Shown: positions 10,876 to 21,660, counted from the first letter of the stretch. The stretch is 40,804 nt of DNA from Octopus bimaculoides (GCF_001194135.2 NC_068984.1:50039020-50079823), one strand, 5' to 3'. Notes: generated from the sequence alone by a model not told the origin. A program made the numbers and translations.

Positions 10876-11147
10876 TTTTATTATTATTTTTTCTGCCTTT
10901 CTTTCTTATCGATATTTGTCTACGTACCTGTAAAAATTTACGGAGCGCATAAGATCACTTTGTGACTAACCGCTTTCTGCTAGTGCACAGAGTTGGCCAC
11001 ACTGAATCTTTAATGAACGAAGCAATTTAGCTGTTTACAAAAGTATATCTTCATGATAAAATGTCCAAGGATGAACTTCTCACCTCAATAACAATAGCAC
11101 TAACATCAAAAACACCGACTATTTTTATAGTGTAGCAAGCCAAAAAG

Positions 11148-11148
<1 letters not shown>

Positions 11149-11189
<41 letters not shown>

Positions 11190-11462
11190 AGAGAGAAAGA
11201 GAGAAACAGATTAACAGAGAGAGAAACAGAGACAAAGGGGAGGAGAGAGAGAGAGACAAACAGAGAGATTGAAAGAGAGAGAGAGAAGGCATCTTATTTA
11301 CCATCACTAAATCCTGTAAGAAATCACCTTCTAAACAGAGCTTTGCGAGCGTGGGCGTCCACTACTAATACTACTCCTACTACTACTACTAGTGCTGCTG
11401 CTGCTACTGCTGCTGCTACTGCTACTACTACTACTGCTGCTGCTACTGCTACTACTACTACT
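11149..11462. repeat. (TA)n, (GA)n and (CTA/CTG)n microsatellites
   Basis: Direct inspection; source of the poly-L ORF. Confidence 0.9.
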
Positions 11463-11814
11463 TACACATCCCTACAATAACATGCACTCACACATACTAG
11501 CACACATTAATGTATGCGTTTTTAATAGAATTTTTGCTATTTTTCAAGTAAACAGCGACTCCTACCGACGGAGACCAACTTTTTCGGAACCAGAACTCAA
11601 ATTATAAACAGCAGTCATGTTAGGTCTAACGGGAGTGTCACATTTATTTGGAATTCTTGTTGTAAAAGCTGATCTTCACCTGCAGGAAACCTAGAGTACA
11701 ACATAAATAAAATTTTACGAAAGAGGATTGCCTTTTCATCTACTCCATGTTGAGTACTCATTTTCCCACTAAGCAACTAATGTGTGTTTGTAACTGTGTA
11801 TGTGTTGTATACGT

Positions 11815-11817
11815 ATG

Positions 11818-11867
<50 letters not shown>

Positions 11868-11941
11868 CGTGTGTGTGAATATTTATATATGTATGTATAT
11901 ATTATATATATATATGTATATATATATATATGTATATATAT
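11815..11941. repeat. (TG)n and (TA)n microsatellites
   Basis: Direct inspection. Confidence 0.95.
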
Positions 11942-12029
11942 GGGAGAATGTACGAAAAAACAACAACAGACGAGGACAGGTGGTGTAAATAACAAAAGGA
12001 TGTATTAGTATGAGGCTCAGGAATATGGA

Positions 12030-12193
12030 AAGTCTTTGACGTTTCGAGCTACGCTCTTATATATGTATATACCGGAGTAAGCACATAAATGTGCAACAAG
12101 GTGGAANNNNNNNNNNAAGTCTTTGACGTTTCGAGCTACGCTCTTATATATGTATATACCGGAGTAAGCACATAAATGTGCAACAAGGTGGAA
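12030..12193. other. Exact 77-bp duplication across a 10-N gap (likely unmerged contig overlap)
   Basis: 12030-12106 is identical to 12117-12193; N at 12107-12116. Confidence 0.85.
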
Positions 12194-12259
12194 AAAAGAG
12201 TACTCAAATACCAGAGGTAGAGTAATATGCTTTATTTAAAAGCAGCAGAAATAAAACAA

Positions 12260-12305
12260 AAAACTGTTACTCGGAGTTTCACGTTCCCGTTCATCGGACA
12301 GTTTT
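12260..12305 (-). ncRNA. Minimal type I hammerhead ribozyme, variant core CCGAUGA
   Basis: Minus strand AAAACUGU-CCGAUGA-ACG(GGAA)CGU-GAA-ACUC-C-GAGU-A-ACAGUUUU: 8-bp stem I, 3-bp stem II with GNRA loop, short stem III, GUA cleavage triplet. Activity not shown. Confidence 0.65.
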
Positions 12306-13127
12306 GCTAACAAAACTCCGAGTAACAGTTTTTTGTTATATTTCTGCTGCTTTTAAATAAAGTATATATGTATATATGTATATATATGTATGTATCTATG
12401 CATATATATGTGTGTGTATATATATGTGCGTGTGTGTGTGTGCGCGCACATCTGTGTGTCTACAATGCTGTAAATGTATAAATCTTTCGACGTATTGGCG
12501 TTCTGTTCAGGGGCAAATTTAGCCTGCCCCCCCTAGCCAGCGCTGTGATCAGCGTATTGTGATCGGCGGTGTATAAGAACATTCGATAAACCGGTCCTCT
12601 GAACTGAGATCCGCTTTGACAAGCCGCTGCTATTAAATAAATTGTGGCAGAGGCAGTCATTCAAACAGACAGACAGAAGTAAATAGAGTTATACAGAATT
12701 CGAAATAGGTAGGTTGTCAATGTAATCACAGTTTCTTCAATTTTTACATTCGTTTTTGAAGAAAGAGGAAGAGAAGTGGGAATGGTGGAAAGGGCATAAC
12801 GAGAGATAGATAGATAGAGAGAGAGATAAGGGGAGAGAGAGACAGAGAGAAGAAGAAGAAAAAGAAGAAGAGATTGGGACTATACCACTCAAAGATAATA
12901 AATGTAACACCAGTGAGGCAAATTCACTGCTCTTCAAAACGTTTGAGGGATTTCACCGCGCCTATCCCAACCCATCACCATTTAACCTCGAGTATTTGTT
13001 TAATGACATAAAAATGTTATTTATGCAAATATTGGTCGCCGGCAAACACATCCTGTTCAACGACTTGATGGAAATATCGTTAATTTTGTTAAAGATTTAA
13101 GGAGATTCCCATTAAAGAGCACGTTTT

Positions 13128-13173
<46 letters not shown>

Positions 13174-13546
13174 TACACATACACATGCGCACGCACATAT
13201 TCATCTATTTCATCATCCTGTATGCCGTACCCGTCTAGGGCCTTTGACATTTTGCCTTTGCTAATAGCCTGAGAGGCGCCACTCTGCAGCAGGTGTAATT
13301 CATTTTCAATCAGTGGATGGGGTAACTTAAAGTGAAATACCTTGACCAGGGACAAAAGGCGCCGCCGCGTCCCGTTATCGGACTCCGACCTTACAGTCAT
13401 AACAGCACAGCCACTAAGCCTCGTAACTTCAACATTTGTGTGTTCATGTGTGTTCACGTGTGTGTGTGTGTGTGTCTATACTTATCTATTCCTTTATTTG
13501 CTACAAGAGCCTTTTCATTCATTCATTCATTCTATTACAAAAAGCG

Positions 13547-13929
13547 TCAATATGTACCTCACATGAATACAACTACAACGACTAGATTGTAATATTGGAA
13601 TTAGCAGATGTGCTTTAAGGTTACAAAGCTTGAATTTTACCCTAACTACCTACACACGCATTCTCTCTCTCTCCCTCACACACACACACACACACCCAAC
13701 TACACACACACACACACTACAAACAAGGAAACAAAAGTAATGCCAGCTTGAACAGGATTTAAAGAAGATTTGCTATGTGGGCATATGGCGTAGTGATTAA
13801 GAGCGCGGGCTACTAACCCCAAGATTCCGAGTTCGATTCCAGGCAGTGACCTGAATAATAATAATAATGATAATAATAATAATAATAATAATAAAAACAT
13901 CCAAAAATACCTTAGGAATGACAACCCAG
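13547..13929 (+). repeat. Dispersed direct duplication, copy 1
   Basis: Colinear with 17060-17470, including sequence upstream of the tRNA-like head. Confidence 0.9.
13779..13851 (+). mobile_element. tRNA-derived head of SINE-like element (family E), copy 1
   Basis: GGGCATATGGCGTAGTG..AAGAGCGCGGGCTACTAACCCC..GAGTTCGATTCC: A and B boxes, anticodon-like loop CTACTAA; acceptor and T stems mismatched, so not a functional tRNA; followed by (TAA)n. Confidence 0.75.
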
Positions 13930-14010
13930 CTGCAAACAGCTGCAAAAAAAAAAAAAATAACAAATAAAATGTCGAATAGGAGAAAAAAAACCTTACATGA
14001 TATATTGATC

Positions 14011-14200
14011 TTAAATTTCGGGAGAAGGCGTAAGTCGATTACATCGACCATAGTACGAAACTGGTGCTTATTTTATCGACCCTGAGAGAATGAAAGGGAA
14101 AGTTGTCCCCGGTGGCATTTGAACTCAAAATGTAACGTCGGAAGGAATACAGCTAAGTACTTTGTCCAGTGCGGTAACGATTCTGCAAGCCAACCACCTT
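14011..14200 (-). mobile_element. SINE family A
   Basis: Reverse complement of the family A copies. Confidence 0.85.
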
Positions 14201-14998
14201 CATCGTATAATCTATTAAGATTTTCACAATGTTATTAAAGTATACAAAGAGTAATTACCCATGCATGGAGAGAAAGCTTCTAGTAAAGGAAATACCCTCT
14301 AAACGATGTATCAAATATATATTAAAAAAGAAAAAAGAAAAACGCATGTGTGGCTTTAATTACAAATCTTTGGAGTGTTGAGGAAACGATCGTAAATATT
14401 CTAATGTATTTCGATATATAATAAGTTATAATGCAAAACAAGAAAACGCAGAAGGATAGACATTTAAAAATGCTGAAAAAGTGAAAGGTGTTCAGTTTAT
14501 TTTAAAACTGAAACATAGAATGGTTATTGATTCAAATTTCAGAATAGTTACATAAGTGTATTAGATTGCGTGGTTGTTGAAAACTGAAGTATTTTATGCT
14601 TGTTATTTAAGAAAAAATATATATATGTAGCTCTGATCGTGAATGGATTACATTTTCAAAGGTAAAGCTTCAATTAAAGCTGGGAATAAAATTGAATGAT
14701 TGAAACCGTAAAAATCCCCAGGGTTAAGGTATGGCAAATAAAAGTTAATCAATGTAATTTTAAAAGAAATATTAATGCATTTAATCATGTAAGATAGATA
14801 AAAAATTTTATGTCGGAATATTGTTTATAAAGCAGCATAACAAATCTTGGTTTAATTGGAAATAAATAAATCTTATACCAAAGAATATGTAAGATCAAAG
14901 AAGGGAAGTAGAGTAATTTAGTTTAAAAGATGTGGCGAAATATCAAGTTGAATCCATCCATTAATTCATCTCCTCTGTCTCTCTCTCTCTCTGTCCGT

Positions 14999-15050
<52 letters not shown>

Positions 15051-15689
15051 NNNNNNNNNNNNNNNNNNNNNNNNNNNNNNNNNNNNNNNNNNNNNNNNNN
15101 NNNNNNNNNNNNNNNNNNNNNNNNNNNNNNNNNNNNNNNNNNNNNNNNNNNNNNNNNNNNNNNNNNNNNNNNNNNNNNNNNNNNNNNNNNNNNNNNNNNN
15201 NNNNNNNNNNNNNNNNNNNNNNNNNNNNNNNNNNNNNNNNNNNNNNNNNNNNNNNNNNNNNNNNNNNNNNNNNNNNNNNNNNNNNNNNNNNNNNNNNNNN
15301 NNNNNNNNNNNNNNNNNNNNNNNNNNNNNNNNNNNNNNNNNNNNNNNNNNNNNNNNNNNNNNNNNNNNNNNNNNNNNNNNNNNNNNNNNNNNNNNNNNNN
15401 NNNNNNNNNNNNNNNNNNNNNNNNNNNNNNNNNNNNNNNNNNNNNNNNNNNNNNNNNNNNNNNNNNNNNNNNNNNNNNNNNNNNNNNNNNNNNNNNNNNN
15501 NNNNNNNNNNNNNNNNNNNNNNNNNNNNNNNNNNNNNNNNNNNNNNNNNNNNNNNNNNNNNNNNNNNNNNNNNNNNNNNNNNNNNNNNNNNNNNNNNNNN
15601 NNNNNNNNNNNNNNNNNNNNNNNNNNNNNNNNNNNNNNNNNNNNNNNNNNNNNNNNNNNNNNNNNNNNNNNNNNNNNNNNNNNNNNNNN

Positions 15690-15690
<1 letters not shown>
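15051..15690. other. Assembly gap between (CT)n and (AT)n
   Basis: N run with microsatellites on both sides. Confidence 0.99.
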
Positions 15691-15726
<36 letters not shown>

Positions 15727-17059
15727 TTCCAATTGTCTGTTTGAATGTTTATCTATCTATACACAGAAACAGACACAGACGGGAATACAATTTTTTTTCC
15801 ACACGAGTAGAAATACAAAGTAATAAAAGTGAAAATGCAATTGAAGTCTTTTAAAGGATTTATTTATATTTAGAGTAGCTTCACCAGTTTCGCAATTTCA
15901 TGATTCCCAAACGTAAATTTGTTGATTGGCGGCTTCCTTTATATAGTAGCAGAAAGAAAACATCGCCACAAGATACATATGCATTCATACATACACATAT
16001 ATTCATATATGTGTATATATGTCCATATACATATGTAAACATATATATAAATCCTTCTTATGTATGTATGTATGTATACACATATTATTAGATATTAGAT
16101 AACAAAACGAGTGGTTTATATTAGATCTGATAATACAGGGAAACAGTTGCATAATAAAGTACCTGCACACCTGGAGGACTACGCTGCGTCCAAACAATTG
16201 TGATTAAAAAAGTAAATGTCCAACCATACCCCTTCTTGTTGACTCCAGTTTCTTCAATTACCTATTTACACATGACAGATGCCCAAACGCAAACCTGGAA
16301 ATACGTATAATACTACTACTGGATAGCACAGGGTAGATCTGAAGGTGGACGAGCTCTATACTTTTTATGTCTCCTTTTTTTAATCAGGAATAACTTGTAT
16401 GGTGAACAGTAAACAGATGTATCGGTGAACAATCAACAGCAATAGAAAGCATAAAGATTAAAGTTGTAGTTGAAAAAAAATAAGTTATCTGTCATGGAGG
16501 ACTGGACGTGGTTTGAATAATGGAAATAGATTAACTGAATCATGATGATTTGAGCCAGGTATCAAAATGCCGACATCATGACTGTAAAGGCTGTGAGACT
16601 TGACATGAACCTCTAGAACGGAGATCATAGAGCCATGACCGGCAGGAAGGCGTTCAAACAATTGATAAACAGGGGTGGAAGTTCAATTTAGAGGGCAATG
16701 TGAAGCCGCTAGAGACAGTGATCAAAACTTACTGGAGTGGGTTGCTGTTTGAAGGCCATCTGTGTGGCTAGCAGCAGGATTTGAATCCTTGTCATACCAC
16801 CGGAAAGTGGTTGTCAGAGAATTTTTAAGACTTCGCGAACCCCAATTTATGAGATGACCTAACATATATGTACATACACACACAGACATAGATGTACATA
16901 TATACTTACGCACACATGCACACACACATATACATACACACACAGACACAGTCGCCCGGACATACATAAGCACTTACATAAACTCATATATAGATTGTGC
17001 ATAAATACATATATCAGAAAACGAAATTAGAAAAAAAAATTTATTCCATAATTTCAACT

Positions 17060-17204
17060 TCAATATGTACCTCACATGAATACAACTACAACGACTGGAT
17101 TGTAATACTGGAATAAGCAGATGTGCTTTAAGATTACAAAGCTTGAATTTTACCCTAATTACCTACACAAGCACTCTCTCTCTCCCTCATCCCCCCCCAA
17201 CCAC

Positions 17205-17254
<50 letters not shown>

Positions 17255-17470
17255 CAAACAAGGAAACAAAAGTAATGCCAGCTTGAACAGGATTTAAAGA
17301 AGATTTGCTATGTGGGCATATGGCGTAGTGGTTAAGAGCGCGGGCTACTAACCCCAAGATTCCGAGTTCGATTCTAGGCAGTGACCTGAAAAATAATAAT
17401 AATGATGATGATAATAATAATAATAATAATAATTAAAACATCGAAAAATACCTTAGGAATGAGAACCCAG
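17060..17470 (+). repeat. Dispersed direct duplication, copy 2
   Basis: Colinear with 13547-13929, offset 3513 bp. Confidence 0.9.
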
Positions 17471-17546
17471 GTTCGAAATTTCTTCAAGACACCCGATGAA
17501 GGTATATCAGTCGAAATGTGCTAACAACAAACAAGATGAGGACAAA
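17314..17546 (+). mobile_element. tRNA-headed element (family E), copy 2, with (TAA)n and a hammerhead-like tail
   Basis: Head 17314-17386, (TAA)n, then gacac-CCGATGA-aggtatatcagtc-GAAA (17493-17516). Confidence 0.7.
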
Positions 17547-17734
17547 TCTAGAGCTACATTTTATGATCTAAAAATTATTAGGCGTTGTTGTCACGTGTAT
17601 GTTGCCGGTGATATGATACTACCGTTTAGACAGGAAGTAGCAACTCGTGCCAACCTGGTAAGTTTTGCAGTACTTTGAAGAATACCTCGGAATAACAATA
17701 TTGATTAAAAAGTTTGATTCTAAAAGTTAAAAAT

Positions 17735-17944
17735 ATTGGTTCCAGATTTTGGCACAAGGCCAGCAATTTCGGGGATGAGGGGTGTGGTTAGTCAATCACA
17801 TTGAGTCGAGTGTTCAACTGGTGTTTACTTTATAGATCCCGAACGGGTGAAGGACAAAGTCGACCTCGGTGGAATTAGAACTCAGACGAAACGCCGCTTA
17901 GTATTTTATCGAGCATGCTAACGATTCAGCCAGCTCGTTGCCTT
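17735..17944 (-). mobile_element. SINE family A, near full length
   Basis: Reverse complement of the family A copies. Confidence 0.85.
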
Positions 17945-18740
17945 TCTAATAAACATAATATTAGATTTCTATAGAACTTGTAAGAACCCACAGAAGATAT
18001 GCAAATTTGATACGAGAAAACAATCAATGATTAACTGGTTAAAACAAAACAGAAGCAGTGGGTTTATTTGACATAGATTAACGTTCCTAGTTCAAGTAAA
18101 AACTTGTGCTACCAAAATTGCTAAATACTTATCTCACACCTCGAGAGATAATTTACCTTTAGTTTCAATTTACAGCATAATTCTAGCCAAAATAGTATAA
18201 ACTGGCCCGCAAAACATGGTGATTATCTCTATTCTAAAATACTTTTGATTACATACAATTCCTAACTGATAATTGCTCTTATTTAAGTCCTTAATTATCT
18301 TCTATCTTTACTATATTGGCTTAATTTGAGGATATGTTTAGACCAAATGAAATGCGGTATTCTGTTGTTCATACTTACCCTAAGAATATCAACTGGCAAA
18401 TTGAAATGAAATTATTTCAAACTCGAGTGAAACTTGATATTTCAATCTCTTAAATAATGGTTCTTCTACGACACTACGGGTTCTTCTACGACACTACGGC
18501 TTCTTTACGATATTTTACGATAGTGTTCTTTCTATAGGAAAGAAACCACTATGCACTCCAGTGACGATTAGCGTGAATTAGCTTCAATTAAGAATTCACC
18601 GAGTTGCAGACTCATCTACACGCTTATAGCAGTCTCTGCTTTAAACAGACGCACGAAAAAAAAAAAATCGAACACGTGTGCAAGCCCATAAGCATATGTG
18701 TGTATGTATGTGTGTGTGTGTGTGTGCGCGTGCGAGGTTC

Positions 18741-19694
18741 ATAGGCGTAAGCGTGCTTCCCAACTACATGGTTCCGGGTTCAGTCCCATTGCGTGGCACC
18801 TTTGGCAATTGTCTTTTACTGTAGCCTCGGACCGTCCGAGCTTTGTGAGTGGATTTGGTAGACAGAAACTGAAAAAAGCGTNNNNNNNNNNNNNNNNNNN
18901 NNNNNNNNNNNNNNNNNNNNNNNNNNNNNNNNNNNNNNNNNNNNNNNNNNNNNNNNNNNNNNNNNNNNNNNNNNNNNNNNNNNNNNNNNNNNNNNNNNNN
19001 NNNNNNNNNNNNNNNNNNNNNNNNNNNNNNNNNNNNNNNNNNNNNNNNNNNNNNNNNNNNNNNNNNNNNNNNNNNNNNNNNNNNNNNNNNNNNNNNNNNN
19101 NNNNNNNNNNNNNNNNNNNNNNNNNNNNNNNNNNNNNNNNNNNNNNNNNNNNNNNNNNNNNNNNNNNNNNNNNNNNNNNNNNNNNNNNNNNNNNNNNNNN
19201 NNNNNNNNNNNNNNNNNNNNNNNNNNNNNNNNNNNNNNNNNNNNNNNNNNNNNNNNNNNNNNNNNNNNNNNNNNNNNNNNNNNNNNNNNNNNNNNNNNNN
19301 NNNNNNNNNNNNNNNNNNNNNNNNNNNNNNNNNNNNNNNNNNNNNNNNNNNNNNNNNNNNNNNNNNNNNNNNNNNNNNNNNNNNNNNNNNNNNNNNNNNN
19401 NNNNNNNNNNNNNNNNNNNNNNNNNNNNNNNNNNNNNNNNNNNNNNNNNNNNNNNNNNNNNNNNNNNNNNNNNNNNNNNNNNNNNNNNNNNNNNNNNNNN
19501 NNNNNNNNNNNNNNNNNNNNNNNNNNNNNNNNNNNNNNNNNNNNNNNNNNNNNNNNNNNNNNNNNNNNNNNNNNNNNNNNNNNNNNNNNNNNNNNNNNNN
19601 NNNNNNNNNNNNNNNNNNNNNNNNNNNNNNNNNNNNNNNNNNNNNNNNNNNNNNNNNNNNNNNNNNNNNNNNNNNNNNNNNNNNNNNNNNNNNN

Positions 19695-19726
<32 letters not shown>

Positions 19727-19950
19727 TATATTTGTGTGTCTGTGTATGTGTTCGTCCCCCCACCCTCGCTTGACAACCGATAGTGGTGTGTTTATGTCCA
19801 CGTGACTTAGTAGTTCGGCAAAATGAAGCTATAGAACATATACCAACCTTACAAAGAATAAGTTCAGGGGTCGATTTGTTTGACTAAAAAGTAGTGTTCC
19901 AGCATGGCCACAGTCAAAATGACTGAAGCAAGTAAAAGAATAAAAGAATA
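18741..19950 (+). mobile_element. CORE-type SINE (family B) spanning the 18882-19694 gap
   Basis: 5' part ends at gaaactgaaaaaagcgt; 3' part resumes after (TA)n with gtcccccacc...agtaaaagaataaaagaata. Confidence 0.85.
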
Positions 19951-19959
19951 TGTATTGCG

Positions 19960-19994
<35 letters not shown>

Positions 19995-20444
19995 AACATA
20001 TACATACACGTGCAGATAGACAACATATAAACACACATGTACATCGACGCGCACTTCAAATACAACTTAAGAAATTTGGCGGGGCGTTACGTTGCTGCTA
20101 CTGCTGCTACTGCTGCAGTTGTTGTTATTGTTGTTCTCCTTCTTGGATATTAAAGTGCAAAAGTACTAAGAGGAAACATAAGGCAATTTTTTTCCCCCCC
20201 ATAATTCCACAGGAAATTTTTCTGAGATCACTCCTTCTTCCCGTCATAACCCTTCAACACCAGCACTATGATAGCATCACCACCACCACCACCAGCCCCA
20301 TCATTACCACCACCACTGCCACCACCACCACCACCACCACAGCTACTACTATCTCTTTGTTTGTCATCCCTACACACAAGCAATAGGAATCCACTCACCA
20401 GCAATTAAAAATATTAACATCGACAACGTTAATAATGATTTTAT

Positions 20445-20800
20445 TTTATTAGCCACAGGGGCCACAAAGATGCACAACAGGAATTAATATAATGATAGTA
20501 ACAATTATAATGATAATGAAACACCGTGGAGAAGATGGGTTAAAAGTACAGCCGCAATAATAGCAGCAGCTACAACAATAGCAACAACAAAAGCTAGAAT
20601 TGTAATAGAAAAGAAAAGTATTAACAAAAAAAACAAAAAAAACACGACGTACTTATAAGGATTGTAGAGAAAGCAATAAGGAATACCACGAGGAAGCCGA
20701 CCCAGAAATTCACTGAATACTGACTTTTTCCCAGGGGATCTAATAAATAAGTGATAATTAACAGGAACTCTTCCGTATGTCGGCAGGAGAAGTTTTAGGG
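20445..20800 (-). mobile_element. Possible degenerate L1/Tx1 3' end
   Basis: tttattagccacagggggccac resembles the terminus tttattggccacaaaagccac at 28378; no readable coding motif. Confidence 0.35.
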
Positions 20801-20989
20801 ATTGACTGAATCACATACAAAAAAATAAAAAATATAAATAAATAAATAAAATAATAAAAAAATAAATAAAAGCTAAAAATGGGTTACTTCTTTATTGATC
20901 TTTTGTGACTCATTGACACACACATTAATAGGTTAAGTAGGATACTTATACATATGCATGCCACCATACATATACATACATATATCCGA

Positions 20990-20991
20990 CA

Positions 20992-21024
<33 letters not shown>

Positions 21025-21090
21025 GTCTGTCTATTCATCAGCTCTCTCTCTCTCTATCAATCTATTATCTCTCTCTCTATCGATCAATCA

Positions 21091-21161
<71 letters not shown>

Positions 21162-21165
21162 CTAA
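20990..21165. repeat. (ATCT)n/(CT)n microsatellites
   Basis: Direct inspection. Confidence 0.95.
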
Positions 21166-21304
21166 ATGCACGCAAATGCACGCACAAACACAAGCATACA
21201 TTCACACGCACACATACAAGTACATAATCAGATATTTATCATAGTTTTACAAGAAGAGTAGTGACTTCGAAGTTTCGAAATTTCGGACTCTAGTGCTCAA
21301 CTGT

Positions 21305-21428
21305 TACTTATTTTATGGAGCCTGCAAGGACGAAAGGCAAAGGCAATCTCAGAGGAATTTGAACTGAGAATGTAAAGACAGACGAAATGCCACAAAGTGT
21401 GCCAACGATTCTGCTATCTCGTCGCCTT
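21305..21428 (-). mobile_element. SINE family A, 5' half
   Basis: Ends ...acgattctgctatctcgtcgcctt, the reverse complement of the family A head. Confidence 0.8.
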
Positions 21429-21452
21429 AAACCTTGATATATATTATGCACA

Positions 21453-21660
21453 AAGCGGCGAGCTGGCAGAGTCGTTAGCACACCAGGCAAGATACTCAGC
21501 AACAATTCGCCCGTCTTTACGTTTTGAGTTCAATTTCTGCCGAGGTCGACTATACCATTCATTCTTTCGATGTCAAGAAAATAAATACCAGTTGAGTACT
21601 GCATAGTACTTACCACCTTCTCCGAAAATTGCTGGCCTTGTGTCAAATTTGAGACCAATA
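21453..21660 (+). mobile_element. SINE family A, full length
   Basis: aagcggcgagctggcagagtcgttagcac...ggccttgtgtcaaatttgagaccaata. Confidence 0.88.

Larger units (their letters stand above)
12020..12362 (-). mobile_element. Penelope-like element (PLE) terminal remnant with inverted end and hammerhead motifs
   Basis: Hammerhead half-motif GAGC-GTA-GCTC-GAAACGTC (minus, 12038-12058), a complete hammerhead fold (12260-12305) and a 50-bp inverted repeat. Minimal hammerheads and inverted pseudo-LTR ends are established PLE features. No RT or GIY-YIG coding sequence seen. Confidence 0.6.

Noticed and set aside
11572-11679. Minus-strand exon-like segment (TTTCCTGCAG acceptor, GTAGGA donor)
   Set aside because: Stop codons in all three frames.
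12030-12193. Biological tandem repeat or CRISPR-like repeat-spacer
   Set aside because: Exact 77-bp copy on either side of a 10-N gap is typical of an unmerged contig overlap. No CRISPR-like array exists anywhere in the window.
13131-13457. 108-aa minus-strand ORF over non-repetitive sequence
   Set aside because: Ends lie in CA/GT repeats, no recognisable domain, and the length is attainable by chance in GC-richer DNA.
13779-13851. tRNA gene with ACT anticodon (also 17314-17386)
   Set aside because: Acceptor and T stems are mismatched, there is no Ser-type variable arm, and a TAA tract follows; better explained as a SINE head.
16480-16710. Possible RTE-like LINE 3' fragment (YQNADIMTVKAVRL)
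   Set aside because: Similarity too weak and broken to call without a search.
17582-17657. Possible 76-nt coding exon RCCHVYVAGDMILPFRQEVATRANL with a perfect GTAAGT donor
   Set aside because: Weak acceptor, unrecognised peptide and no partner exons; needs RNA-seq.
14923-19801. Long ORFs of 269-361 aa (also at 31934-32597 and 37284-37878)
   Set aside because: They are N-gap runs translated as X.
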